64,000 nt of DNA from Phoronis australis. Lineage: Eukaryota; Animalia; Phoronida. Below, one piece after another: positions 1-13,800 of the stretch. The stretch is from positions 967,452 through 1,031,451 of the forward strand of contig NMRA01000003.1 in the NCBI GenBank assembly GCA_002633005.1, given 5' to 3'. Positions within the stretch are counted from its first letter, which is position 1. Each line of letters opens with the position of its first letter. A program made the translations under genes and the position numbers. Below the pieces are notes generated by a model. It worked only from the letters and a program-made list of their open reading frames with translations. It was not told the origin of the DNA and did not search any database.

Positions 1-1686
1 AATGTAGAAAAAGCTTTATGAGACTGTGAGAACAATTAAACCAACTAAACCTGAAAACAAAAATACTGCATTTTAAGCCGTTAATTTTAATTGGTGGGTG
101 AATCTTTAAAAACACGTAAAAGAGGTAATCGTTTTGTTGGAGCAGCTGAGTACATTTCAAAAGAAATTACTTTTCATTGGCGTCAAGTATGTCGTCTGGA
201 CCTCTCATTATGGCGTTTTCCCTTTGCTCCCAACTTGTTCGATTCTAGGCCTATAGCCCAACAACAAGGTGGGAAGATGGCCCCTGTAGCCAATATCTTA
301 CACAACTGACTCCATTCTCGCATTTATGGTTGAGGGCCAGCTCTCTTTTGTTCGATAATTACTCTAATCTCCAATAAGTTCGTATCTAGCCTGACTGGGT
401 TGTGCCGTTAAAAATAAAAGTTAAGTTATAACTTTTTAAAACCAATAGCATTTCAGAAATCCTCGTCAAATGGTGATCATGTTTAGTTTTTGAATTGCCA
501 AAATCGCCCAACTACAACTCAGCGAAGTTACGACAATCTATTCTTTCAGAATGTACCAATTCGCTCTGGAATAGCTATTGACAAATGCAGTCACTGTTCA
601 CACGTGGTCTGTGATAAGCCTAGTATATAATTGGCCTGCTTGTTGTCATACCAGACAAAAGACTGAGCTTGGCAGTTAACAAAGAAGCTAGATGTTATTG
701 TTCCGGCCCGTATTCAGCAATTTTTATCACACGCGCACAAACCTCTATGTCTGGTAAAGTCACTGACGGGAAAACGCCGTAGGCTATGTGGTAAAAAGAA
801 ACTTTATGTTTTGAGCTGCAAATATCGTCTGAGTGATATTCTTTAGAATCGGCGTGAAGTTGTTAAAGATCACTAATTACGAAAATTTTGCCCGAGAGAA
901 TTTCAAAAACCTCGATAGACCCAGCATTGCCCGGGCACTGAATTAGGGGTGGTCCAAGCGGTGCGACTCTCGTAGTTGGTGTCAGTCGCGATCCAAGTAA
1001 ACGCTTCGACATCTTCAATTAGTAGCGTGCTTCTAGTCTAACCGTACGATTTCCCTTGTGTCAATAGTCTCCGTGTTTAATCTTTGTAAGATACATTTAA
1101 TTTACGTTTTTTTTGAAAGTTGTATTGTATCTTATTTCATTATAGATGCATTCTTTCCGTTGTTATTTATATTGTTCTTCTTAATTGTTAGTATATATTT
1201 AATTCATTGTTACTTGGTCAGCTATTAGCGGCCCGTGCCTTTGCTGGCCACCCAGTCAAAACAGAGAAACGTGACGGTTTTTGAACAGTGACAAACACTG
1301 ACGAAAAACGAGTACTGTCATCGAAATGTGAACAGAAGAAAAGGAAGAATAAGTAAAAGAACCCATAAAATATTCCGATTCCGCGAGTTTGATGACAGGC
1401 ACAACGCGGCCGACCGTGACCGCCGCAGTCCGCCGGCGCCGATGATGACCGGACCAAATAAATTTCTGTAAGCAAAACTACAGTGTATTGAGCCGTTGGT
1501 TGATAACTCTCTAGAGAAAAGCAGATGAAAAGAATGAAATCTAAATATTTGATTTGTGGCGTTGTGCATTTTCGCCGCCGGGCTGCCGTCTCTGGAAGTA
1601 TGGCTAGCTGGCTCAGTCGCTTACTCTATTATCGTTCACTGAACCTGAAGGATTAAAATAAAGATTTTAGTCGGCCAGAATTATTT

Positions 1687-1946
1687 TGACGTCACATAGC
1701 GGAGCTAAATTGATAAAAATCTCAAAAAGTTAAATCTAATGAGAAAAGCGTATTACCTTTCATTATAACGCTATGACAAACATTCAGATATCAACGGTTC
1801 ATCAACCCGATCTAATGTATGTACTTGCTGTGCGAGGTAGGACCGTGTAAGCTGACCAAGTTAACTTGGACTGAAGGCTTAACTTAGTCTACGACAGAGC
1901 ATTGCGAAAATCTGTTGACAGTGTCCGGGTTCGTTCACAAGGTATG
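1687..1946 (+). promoter_or_regulatory. Candidate LITAF promoter / non-coding first exon
   Basis: Perfect CRE palindrome TGACGTCA at 1687-1694 next to a CpG-rich tract; strong donor AAG|GTATGT at 1940/1941. The LITAF ATG exon begins at an acceptor (4859), so an upstream non-coding exon is expected. Confidence 0.35.
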
Positions 1947-2151
1947 TGATAACTGTTATCACTAATGATAATGATTGAATAGATGATAATTGAATCGTTA
2001 ACACGACACTGTAGTGTACAGTGCTCTTTGAATTTTATTTTCAATCTTAACCTGTTCACAGACATATACTGCTAGAGACCAGTTTTTATTTGACAAAAAA
2101 ATCCCCCGCCCGTTGTCATCGAAAAAGTAGGTTTCACTTTCATAGGCTACT

Positions 2152-2239
2152 AGTCGGATATAATGTACCCTAATTTAGAGAACCAGTTTCATCCACTAAA
2201 TAACGGCCCCGTTCTCTAAATTAGGGTCCATATTCGACT
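2152..2239. repeat. Short inverted repeat (~30-bp arms), probable MITE remnant
   Basis: AGTCGGATAT...CCCTAATTTAGAGAAC is paired with GTTCTCTAAATTAGGG...ATATTCGACT. Confidence 0.7.
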
Positions 2240-2637
2240 TGTGCCTTTGTATGCTAAAGACCTAAGTGTTCAATCGAAACGGGAACCCCAGTTTAAAACG
2301 GATATCCGGGAGTTTTACGTAGACTAACAAGACAAAAATTAAGAATTACGCTCTTTTAAACCATCCTTCTGCCAACTTATTTTGGGAGCCAGATTTAGTC
2401 TTACTGCCGTGTGCAGAACGACGATGCGCGATTTTTAGAGCTGTGTTCACAATGACCTACATAAAAAATATAGAGAAAATATGTATCTCTGCCCTGTACT
2501 TTTTCCCCAGGTTACATTTTGAAACAGCTAATATTTCTGTTGGGAGCAAAAAACTACACAAGCATTCTCACCATAGGCGAATTTAGGGGGGGGGGGGGCA
2601 GGGGGCCCGGTCCATCCCCTGGGCTGCCGCAAAAAAT

Positions 2638-3040
2638 NNNNNNNNNNNNNNNNNNNNNNNNNNNNNNNNNNNNNNNNNNNNNNNNNNNNNNNNNNNNNNN
2701 NNNNNNNNNNNNNNNNNNNNNNNNNNNNNNNNNNNNNNNNNNNNNNNNNNNNNNNNNNNNNNNNNNNNNNNNNNNNNNNNNNNNNNNNNNNNNNNNNNNN
2801 NNNNNNNNNNNNNNNNNNNNNNNNNNNNNNNNNNNNNNNNNNNNNNNNNNNNNNNNNNNNNNNNNNNNNNNNNNNNNNNNNNNNNNNNNNNNNNNNNNNN
2901 NNNNNNNNNNNNNNNNNNNNNNNNNNNNNNNNNNNNNNNNNNNNNNNNNNNNNNNNNNNNNNNNNNNNNNNNNNNNNNNNNNNNNNNNNNNNNNNNNNNN
3001 NNNNNNNNNNNNNNNNNNNNNNNNNNNNNNNNNNNNNNNN
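2638..3040. other. Assembly gap (run of N)
   Basis: 403 consecutive N; it begins shortly after a G-homopolymer inside a MITE. Confidence 0.99.
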
Positions 3041-3380
3041 AAAATGGAACCTGAGTGACGATGAAAAAACAGAAGCTGCTGGTAAGATGTGAATTTTAAT
3101 CGAAGCCTTAGTGAATCACTCAGAAACTCATTAATTCTCTCTTTGTCAAACCTTAACTTAAGACAATTTCCAAAGCAATCCCGTCATTATTGCCAACACG
3201 AAAAACGGATTTGGTCTTTTGGGCATTTGATGACTATTTTAAATACAAAAAATTTGTTAAGAACCGATTGCACAAAATATAAAACGTGTAATAAGCATTA
3301 CAAAAAGAAGTAGGTTTCGCGCGCAAACGCTGTGGACCATAAACAAGTAGGTCTCTTAGTTTTAGGTTAGTAGTGATATC

Positions 3381-3440
3381 GTGGTGGTGTAGTGGTAAAG
3401 CACGCGCGTTCTATCAGCCAGGTCGTGAGTTCGAATCGGT
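3381..3440 (+). mobile_element. tRNA-derived SINE head fragment
   Basis: A-box-like GTGGTGTAGTGGTAAAGCAC and B-box-like GAGTTCGAATC; no closing acceptor stem. Confidence 0.5.
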
Positions 3441-4374
3441 GGAATTCGCAGTTTTTCCTGTGTGACACCCCCCTCCCGACCTCCCCCCATTCGGTGCTAT
3501 GTGCATCTACAATCGTGGTTTGTGCAAAGGCTTACGGCCGGACAAAATGTTGGGCCTCCCCTTGTGATATCCTAGATCCGCTACTGCTCACTCACTGTAC
3601 TCACTGCATTGCACAATGTAATGGTTCTTGTAGATTGAATTTGAGGTTTTGCTGCTTAACTGTAACTGTGTTTACTTTTACTTGTGATATTATATTCTAA
3701 AAATAGTTAAAAAATTAATTGTATGTCAATTTGAGGTTTTTCTCTGCTGACAGTGAAACTGCTTTACCGCGTAGTAATCTTTTGCCATGGTGACGATTCT
3801 CCAATATGCCGGGCTGGCCCAAACTGAATTTGAAAGATCTCGGCCAAAATGTCATCCATATTAGTGGGAAAAAATGCTCGTGTTTAGATTTTTGTGGGGA
3901 ATGTAATTCTTAAACTTTTACATGTCGTTAAAAAGGATGAAAATGTAAACGCTCAAGTCATATTTCTTCAGGCAGCTCTTATCATCAAACTAGCGGCTTC
4001 ACGGGCAATAAAATGATATTGGCTGGTTTTCTGTTGATACCAGACTGTCTGGAGTTGCCCCATATGGATGACTTTGGACGGTTTCTCAACTATTTAGCAT
4101 TATGGTAGCCTCAAACTTTGAGTTAAAGCATCTTCAAGTAATTTCCAGTTGTTTTCTGCATTTGTGTGTTAAAAATTATCAATAATAAAATGTAACTTGT
4201 ATTATATCGACTTTGTTATTTGATTCTTATCCGTAAAACTCGTGCAACTTGTCTGTGGGCAAATTTCAACACAGTCTATATTCTGAACACGTTGTTATCT
4301 CCATGAATATTTGGTTATTCGATAGTGTCTCCAAAAATATTTTCAGAAATGAAAAACAAAAATATTATTTCAAC

Positions 4375-4545
4375 TTTCAAGTACCATTGTTGATTAATTT
4401 GTTGTGACATGTACGCAACCTCATGGAAGAAGAACAGTTGATGGAAGAATAGTGGAAGAAAGAAACTGGCCAATAGGTGACGCAATATTTCGTGGCGCCA
4501 AATGCCGACGCAAAAGATTACACCACAACTTTAGTAGCAGAATAA
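4375..4545 (+). repeat. Diverged interspersed repeat (second copy ~15085-15250)
   Basis: Shared blocks ACATGTACGCAACC, GAAACTGG, AGGTGACG, GCCGAC, CACAA(C/T)TTTAG in the same order. Confidence 0.65.
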
Positions 4546-4863
4546 TGTAGAACACCAATGCTTCATTATTTTTCTAAAATTCTCAAATGGTAAAACAACA
4601 TATCGTTGTGGAGGATGGGCAGAAAACACAAGACTGACTGGCCTTATATCCGAAGAAACGATGTGATTCATTATAGGCCCAAGTTTAATATTTGGGAAAA
4701 TTGCATTATAATTAATATTCTATAGAAATGCATTATTTCACTTTTAAGCCCCATGGGCATTTATGCAGGGATTCATGGTAATTTCATCTCGGCCGTATTG
4801 TTTGAAAAGCACCAGTCAATTGTATGTGCGGATTTACAGTATATTTTTGTTGTTCCAGGAATA

Positions 4864-7800
4864 ATGTCTGCAGCACCCCCACCCTATCCAGGGCCGCATG
4901 ATGAGAAGGGTGCACCTCCACCAGCAGGTAATATGTCATATGCAACATGCTGCGACTAGTTTGTTCATTAAAACTTTTTTTTCAGACAACACAGCTGTCT
5001 CTTGTCACTACTTGAATATTTTCATATTTCAATAATTTCTCCATTGTTGCCTCATTGAAAACATGGGAAATGACAAATGGTTCGGTGTACGAAAAAGTTA
5101 AAATGAAAAAGCACCAAAGCCTTATGGAAATCTGGTGTAGGATTTCTTAAGATTTGTAATAAAGTTATTTTTAATTCAGGATTAATGTTGTGTGAGGCCA
5201 CAATTGTTGCACGTGTATAATGTTGCATGAAGCCACAATTGTTGCATGTGTATAATGTTGTGTGAGGCCACAATTGTTGCACGTGTATAATGTTGCATGA
5301 AGCCACAATTGTTGCATGTGTATAATGTTGTGTGAGGCAACAATTGTTGCTTTTGTATAATGCACAGGCGCTTGGGTTTATCGCAAATGAAGTCACTCAA
5401 TAATATATATAAGAAAACATTAAGGTTGGACACTTAAACTTTGCCAAGCCGAGGCTCCCAACTTCAACTGTCCAAAATCCAAATAAAATCTGCGTGCACC
5501 TCCCTCAGTCTGATGTTGCATAAACCTTCGAAGCCTTATCGTTCCTAGATCCCATTAACTGTCTTCGTAAGTGGTGAATTGGCGATGGAATTTCCAAAAC
5601 AATCTCAAAACTCTGAATTCAAGGACATGAAATAGTAAACATGGCGGATTTCAGTTGTGCTTCAACTTGTAGTACGCCTGTCGTAGGTGAAACTTGGAGT
5701 TTGAGCAAGCAACCTATATTTCAAATTCAATAATTCTAATCCAAAACTCAACTAATTGAGAATGTTAAAGTTAGTATTTTAATGATTATTTGTAACTTTA
5801 TTCCACTGACAGCTCATTTTAGCCCTTAACTTAGAATTTTATTACATAAACTGGCGTATCTTGTTTCTCATCTTGACATCACGCACTTTTTTGATTGAAG
5901 CACAACACACACTCTGCCAGGAAACGCAGTCCGTGCAAGTATTACAATGCGCGTGGCCGACGAGTTAACTCAATGGTTTTGGCCAAAAGTAAAATCTTCA
6001 TAAGAAATCACAGTACACAAAAAACTTCGCATATCAATACAGTATCAGGATAATTTATATTTGACACAAATATGTGAGTAATTACATTTATTTGGCAATA
6101 AAGTGCTCTCTGCTTCTCACGATCAATTAGTCGAGGGATTGACGATGAAAGCCGCGCGAAATTAGACTTTCGGATTTAGCTCGAGAGCGTCCGTCAAAAA
6201 CCCGGATGTGCGACGACCGTCTGCCATGACATCACGGAATCACTTCCTTGAATTTGTGATTTTGGCATTCTTTTGGCATTTTTGTCGCCAAATCACCACT
6301 CGAAGGCAATTTGAAGAGATCGAATGAAAGAAAGTATTCTAAGAGTTGTCCGATGCTAGTTTCGTGGAGTTCCATGCACATTTGAGTAGAAAATTCTGAA
6401 CAAACAGATTTCGAGTATCCAACCTTTATGTTTTCTTATGTATATTATTGAGTGACGTCATTTGCGATAAACCCAAGCGCCTGTGGTATAATGTGTGAGG
6501 CCACAATTGTTGCATGTGTATAATTTTTGTGGTGAAATTACTAACTTGAAAAATTTAATTGCATTCTACTGGAAAACTTTTGGAAGTAGGAAAACTGAAA
6601 CACTAGTAGAGGTCACTCTGAACTGGATGTATCAAAATTTTGAAAAGAAATACACGCAGTGTTTTACATGAATGTGATAGAATTATCTTGCATTAGAAAG
6701 ATCTGATAACTAAATGTAAAGTAGTTTATGGTGGTGGTTTCATTTAAGGAACTAAGAGTATGTCATGTTTATAACCTGTGTGTCGTCTGCCTTGAAGTAC
6801 TTAGGTTTCCTGTACTCATAAAAGGTTTTTGTGTGGAGTAATATTTTGAGGGGCACGTGAAGTAGACAGTTGATATGTAATTGGACTCATGAGTTAATTC
6901 TGTGTCTAGATGTTAACTTTAACCTGGCTCATTGTAATGCTGCTCTGGATCTCTGTCATTGTTATTTTATTATGCAATCCTTTTTAGAAACTTTCCAGGT
7001 GCCATATATTCTATTGAAACCCCTCTGTGTTCGTACACTATTGTGAGGAATGATTGAATTGTGATATGTGATATTTGTCTTTGCTTTGACAAGGCTTTGA
7101 ATCCTTTGCTAGTTGTGTTGTGTTTGTGCCCTGTCAGATATATGTAAACAACATGTGACCATGGTGATATCTGCTTCAGGTTATGCAGCGCCACCACCTG
7201 GTCAGCAGCAAGGTTACCCTCCTCAGCCAGGTACGTTCAAACATTACAGCAGTTGTGTAACAGTGGCTGAGTACTGTTAACTTCAATGAAGGCTTCGCGG
7301 TTCTGTAGTGACAATGCGTTGTTGAAGGCGGGTTAACTTGCGGTCTCTTTTCACTCTGCAGCTGTTCTCTTACCATGTCAGTAGTAGATAAAGAATTGAT
7401 AATTGTCAACCTACCTGGGGACTTCATTTCACATTTTGTTTTGTAGGTTTACTCTTCTTTGTCAACCCGTAAAAAATATGCTGATGTTTCCTGAATCCTC
7501 ATTAAGAGAAAACTCTGAAATCATGCCTTATTATGTCATATGGTCATTCATAATCTCGTGCCAACGTTTGTACTATGAACACAAATTTGTAACTTCGTGT
7601 TAAAACTATGTGCTTCTGCAGTCTGCTCTTAAAAGTTTATTTACCCTCAGACAACGGAAATATCAGCCATCAAAGCTCCATTTTGAAACACCGTTGCAAG
7701 TCTTGATTTTTGTCCACTGTTATTTGAAGGTAAATAAAAAAGCTGAGAAACTTCTCCTTCTGCCATATGACATATAATAAGTATGTAAATGATCCCACCT

Positions 7801-10800
7801 TTTGGCGTGAAATTGATGTTAGAAACTCCCCAAGGCTTCATAATTCAAAAGGTCTGAAAAGGACGAATATAGATTTTCCGAGAACATAAAGTCAATTCAA
7901 GTCATTCCACGTGATTAGTATATTTGACACTTGAATAATGTGCTTAAAAATGGTAAGGTTAGCAATGAAAAATAACTAGGTATTTACATGCAATGTGAAT
8001 ATTGCACATTTGAAAGAAATTGCCACAAATATTGACCATTACCATTTGCCTAAAAATTCTGATGAGTACAGACCTTGTTCCACCCTCTTTAGCTACCACT
8101 TGAATAATACCAAGCTTTCAAATATGGTGCCTGGGTACATGAAACCAGGTATTCTGATTGGGAGAGTGTCCCATCTTTAGGGCTCAGTCAATTAAGCTGT
8201 TGCTGTATGTTGAAAGCATGAACTATTCATCATTGGATTGGAAAAACAATGAACAATAACATAGTGGAAGCGTTTGCAAATGTTTGTGTGTGTGATGTTT
8301 TTATATTTGCGTCAAACTTTTGTCAACATATTGTTTCGCTTCATCTTGATACCACACTTGTTCTGAGATGACGCAAGTGTAAGCTTGGACTTTACTGCAA
8401 TACCTGTTAATCAATCCTTGTATTGAGTGAAAACGATGTTTTCAATTTATGAACACGAGTTCCCTGTGGAAATCCTCTTTTTAAAATTATACAAATTTAC
8501 AAATGAGTGGTTGCAAGCGTTAGCTTGATCTCAGGGTTGGTTACGTGAATTTAAGTGTCACATCTGCAAGTTCACACGCGGTACTCCAGATGAATAACAG
8601 GCTCGGTAGCAGTGATTTTAGATACGTTAATGAAAATTTCAGAGCCTTTTATTGACTTTCTTTCCATACTAGAAAAGTATCGATTTAAAAAGTATCGAGT
8701 AAGAATCCAACTTTATTTACCAGGTTATGTTTGTGGTGTTACACAGCCATCAGCCAACACCAAGGTTTCGTTGGACCTTGTTGACAACTGACAAGTCTGT
8801 GCATTTGACCAAATATTTACAAATTATAGAAATTAAATATCATGTAGAAGTAGAATGCCCCCAATGTAAGGTTGATTGGTAAATAACTTCCGGGTAGTAA
8901 CCCTTACAGTTATTCCCCCATGGAGATAAGGAAAGTTGCGGAGAAAATATAGTGAGTATGCTGCGATGTTATTTAGAAAGCACATGACTTTTGTGGTTTG
9001 ACCCACCACTATGGATAGGGATGACTGACATTTGAGGTTGAATATTCTCATTGTTGTGTGTTTTGTAGAGTTGATTGCTCAATATGTGGCATGAAAAGGT
9101 TATTGCATGCCCTTGGAAGTCATTTCCAGTATCCAGATCCCCTGTGGGATTTGGCCCCCTACATAACCTTAAACTGTAGTTATGAGAAAATTTCATTACA
9201 CAACTATTTCTGGGATTTGACTATCCAAAGTTAGCCAAATTTGGAATCTTTTGGGTGTACTCAGACAACCCAAAGAAATACAATATTGTATTTTAAGCAA
9301 ATTACCCCTGGCACTAGTGCTCCAGCCGTGCTAGCTTCCTAGCCTTATGTCTACAGCGTGCACAGGGCCGTGTGTGGAAGAAACCCATTCAATAAAGTGA
9401 TACTGATAAAATATCCAAAATGAAAGCTGCAAGAATGGCAGACAACACTCACAAAGATCAATAAGTTCGAGTTCTTGTATTAAGTGAAATATTGCATCTC
9501 CATAACTGCACAAAGCCAATGATATTGCAAGAGGCCAAATCCAAAGACACACTAGCAATTCGACGGAAATATATCCAGAATTAAGAGATATGAAAGGTAC
9601 ATTTCCATTAAATATGCATGATGTGGAGGGAAGTCAATATTAGACCATGAAAGGCATTTCAGAAACTAGACTTGTTTCCAGTAATAATCGTAAAATAATA
9701 GTGAGAATGAACACCAGTAACAATGCTCTATGTTTAAAAAAAAGAGCATTTCATTAAAATTATGCTTTTTAATGAAAGCAAACCACAGAATTAACAGTGA
9801 ATAATACAGTATCTCCTCCAGACTGTGACCTAAAAGTGATTAAATATCAGAACCATTCGTAATTTAGAAGTTCCAGCAATTGCAATCTCGTGGTGTCAGT
9901 ACTGTGAAGTCAGCCATAAGACTCAGTGTTTGTATTTCAAGTAAGATTAGATATTAATGCGATGTGTAGTAGCAACGAATGCTGTTTTTGCTCCTTAGTT
10001 ACAGACACCCTATGCAGGACTGAGGTAGCAAGCACACGAGTTGATGTGTGTTCGCTTCTATTTTCACGGCACTCTCGGAAACTGTGTCAAGTCAGAAGTT
10101 GAACACTAAGTATTTTTCACACGTACAGGTTCATAGTTATGCGAAAGTAAACACAAATCAAAATTTACCTATGCTTTGGAGTTTCCATTTCTTTAGTTCT
10201 TTCATCCTGTCTAGGTAGATTTGTTTTAATGTAATAACGCCTCCCCCATTTGAACTGTGTCACAGCAAACTCTACTTGCAGAGCATTTTATTCTCGAGCA
10301 TCATGCACCTCTCCAGTTTTGCTACATTGGGAACACTTAATTTCAATGTCATTAGAATTATTGGCAGGGGTCACTGCCTGCATTTGCCAACAGCGGGCAA
10401 TGACTGGTTACCATTTGTTAACATTTTGCTCTCGTAATTATGATTTAGGCAGTATAAGCATTCTGTTTCAATTTATCCATGTATATGTTGGATTCTTTAC
10501 ATTAAAAATCACTGATCGTTTAGTATACGCAAACCGAGTTCCCGCCACGCCATACTGCCTTTGTTTGGATCAGCTATTAGTCTGCGCAAGTCAAATTTTT
10601 CAATATGTCATTTCGTAGTACATCGTCATCATGCCAACATGGCAACTGTTGGCTGCCTTGTGAAGTTGATGTTCTTTTCTCCATATGGGGAGAGGTTGAG
10701 GTCTTTGCTGTTGTTGATGGCAAGCAGGTTAACCAGAGTTAACACCGAAGCTTTGGTAGTAACAAAGTAAAACTATGGAAACAGGCTTCAAACTTTCTTT

Positions 10801-13800
10801 TATATATACAGGTCTTGTCCAACCTGTAGTTACACGGTTCAGGTAAGAACTTGTTAAGCATGCTCTTAACTATGCTAATGTATAACATGAACTAAATGGC
10901 AAATGCTATTTGAACATCATCTACGCTAAACAAAGTGTAGTTGTATTCACAGACAATATGTGAAAACAAGAAATTCTGCAAATAGGTGACCTTTGCACAA
11001 GTGACCTACCTCGGGGGCTCACATAGCCCGCATCATGCAGTGTTATTGCCCTTCACCATGTCACGATACTTACTGGTTACGGTTGAGTGATTAACAGTCT
11101 GTGGATCTTTTTCGACACACAACTCGTTCTTAAAAACATTTGGCAACCCTCTTCATACTCACATCGTCGCTGTATGTTGTGTGAGAATTATCGCGCAAGT
11201 TCCACATTAAACTTAGTGTTACATTTTTCAATTTCATGACGTTTTTTCCTGTATTCTCCAATATGTCAAACTTATTAAGTAAAACATTTTTTGCATACCA
11301 GAGAAATATTGACAGTTGTTTAAGAAAGACAGCTTTACCCAAATTTTCAAACATTTTCATAAAGATCGCATTGATTGCAATTTAAAAAATATCAAGCATT
11401 GAGAAGATGTTGAAATGTAAAGAACTTCTGGACAGAGTTCAGTAACGCTAGGACGTACGCTAGCATGTATGCTAGGACCTACACTAGGATTTCCTAAAGT
11501 CTAGCTCCAAAATCATGTTCTCATTTAAAATACACAGCAATATCTCACGTAATCTCGGGAAGTCATGTTTTTTAGCAAGTTCCCAGAGTAAGTGAACTCT
11601 ACTGGCTGAAATGATGTCTTGCTTGGATGCTGCAGCTCTTAAAAGTGCGTTAGGCTGGGTTGTCTGTAACACAGTCATTTTCTTGCTTATTTGTCTGTTC
11701 AAACATAACCAGTCCATGTTACTTATATCGTGTACTTCAACTGCATTGAGGTGTTTTTAACAAGTATTGTTCAACGCGCTCGCCTTTAATAACTGCGTGT
11801 AGCTACCCCCGTTTGAACAGTGGCAAATTGCTTGCATTTTGGAATACCCAACATTACCACTATCTAAATAACATATGAGCTTCAGAATAGGACCATCTCC
11901 TATCTTTGAAAATATGACCGTGTTGTAATAAACAAACTTAAGCTTACCATTTATCTAAATTTTCACTCAAATTCACTAAGCTCAACTTGTTACTCAGCCA
12001 CGGCAGACTCAGGATCAAGTCCCACCAGTCCTGTAGACACTGATGCTGATGGAGCAAGTGAACATGAAGTAGCTTCGCACATCAGGCAAATCGGCCGGTT
12101 TGAAAGCGCTTGAGATCCTCAAAAAATTGGACATATCCTCCATTTTTGGTTATTGTTAACCTGATAAATATTGCTTATGTCGTCACAGGCTCTATTGGTA
12201 GAATTGAGTGATTCAGCCTTATAGAAGAACGTCAACCATAGCACAAGTAATGATAAATAACAAACATATATGCAGAGTCAGCTAGTGGCAATTTTATTGT
12301 TCTTTGCATTTGCCTTGGTATCTACCAAGTTCCTTGATGGATATTCGTGAAATTTGGCAAATTACTGTCAGTACACAACAACGCCGGCTTCCGATTTAAC
12401 CTATGTTGCACCTCCTGTTGGCCTGTATATTGTTTTTGTGTCCTTCGTCGCTTGGCTCCCTATCTTCCAAACATCTTGAAGAGTCATGATGAAAGTTGGG
12501 AGCCGTGTTTACTGTGGAGAGCATTTCTAACTTGCTTTGCATCCTTAGAGGGAANGTTGTTAATAAGTTTACCTACTCCTAGGAACCAATAAGAGTACTG
12601 GGTCCTAGAGTTTACTAATGGTGTTGCATCAATGGGTTGTATACAGTATACATGGTTGGTGCAGGTCAAGGCTTATGCTTCCTCCTTGGAGGTCATACAC
12701 TAATCTTGTGCAATGGGTAAAACCAATGTCATGTGAAAGGGCTTTGCCTGACCCCTTCTCTTGTTATCCACTGCAGTCTGTGACCTCTGTGATTCATGAG
12801 CGATAAAATTTATGGGTGGATACTACACTAAGCATTTTTTATCACAAGTGGTATTTTTTAATTTCATATACTTATTAAACTGCTCTTTCTTTTTTGGTAT
12901 TTGCCAGTTTTAAACTGTTCTATTTCTTTTTGTTTATTTCCATTTGATACATGGTTTATTTATTTATTATTTAAATATATGAATATCTCCATATCATCTT
13001 CATTTGCATGTTTTTGTTATTATTATTAATTATTTTACTTGTTCTGCATTTCATTTCACTTTCTTATTGTTTGTACTGTTTTGTAAAATGTCTGCTTAGA
13101 TCAAAATGTACAATTCCTTAACCAATTGAAAGCACTCTGAGGTTTAAAGAATGTTACCAGCTCTTCTGATCTTGATTTGTTAGGTAATAAACCAGCAACT
13201 TAAGTCGGAAGCAATGCAAACCCGGTCCATTTTCGAGTTCGCAGTTTTGAGGTTGGTCAAACCCAATAAACTCTGAAACGTTTTCGACTCGCTGATGGTT
13301 TTGATGTTCTTGTTGTTTACAGGTATAGAATCCTAGGAGGAATACAATAATTTATGAGAATTTATGAGAGTATCGTAATGGTCTAATTGGATTTTCGTTT
13401 CCAGCCATCTAACTGGGGCGAAATGCAGTTATAACAGAGAAGTACACGATGATTGCCAATTGAGGGGGGTAGACCTTTGTCCACAGAATGTAATCAGTTT
13501 ATTTGTTTTATGGCGTATTTACAGTATTGTGCCTTTGCTGACTTCAGCAGATGCCATCGGACATTCCCCACATACATGTCTGGGATACCGTTGATATTTA
13601 GGTTGTACTATAATCAAATTTAGTTTCATTCCCATGTAGAAAAAGTTACCCGAAGTTTCTGAAATTGATCTCAGCTTGTTTGGCCCAAGGATATTATTGT
13701 TTAAGTTTGCCTATATTATATGTGATATTCGAAAGAGTTATTGATAAAATATCACTTTAGTGTCACAGCTGTGCAATTTTGTCGGTAATTCCAGAATGAG

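Larger units (their letters stand above)
2572..3586. mobile_element. Non-autonomous TIR DNA element, CA...TG termini, 5-bp TSD; spans the gap
   Basis: Imperfect TIRs CATAGGCGAATTTAGG / CCTAGATCCGCTACTG; CTCAC on both sides (2567-2571, 3587-3591). Confidence 0.5.

Noticed and set aside
2519-3058. 179-aa ORF in the track
   Set aside because: Artefact of reading through the N gap.
5052-5433. Cys/His-repeat ORFs resembling zinc fingers
   Set aside because: Produced by a 35-bp minisatellite read in shifting frames.
8722-8790. Additional LITAF micro-exon (CAG|GTTATG...)
   Set aside because: Starts with GY but does not encode Pro/Gln repeats and has no convincing phase-1 donor.
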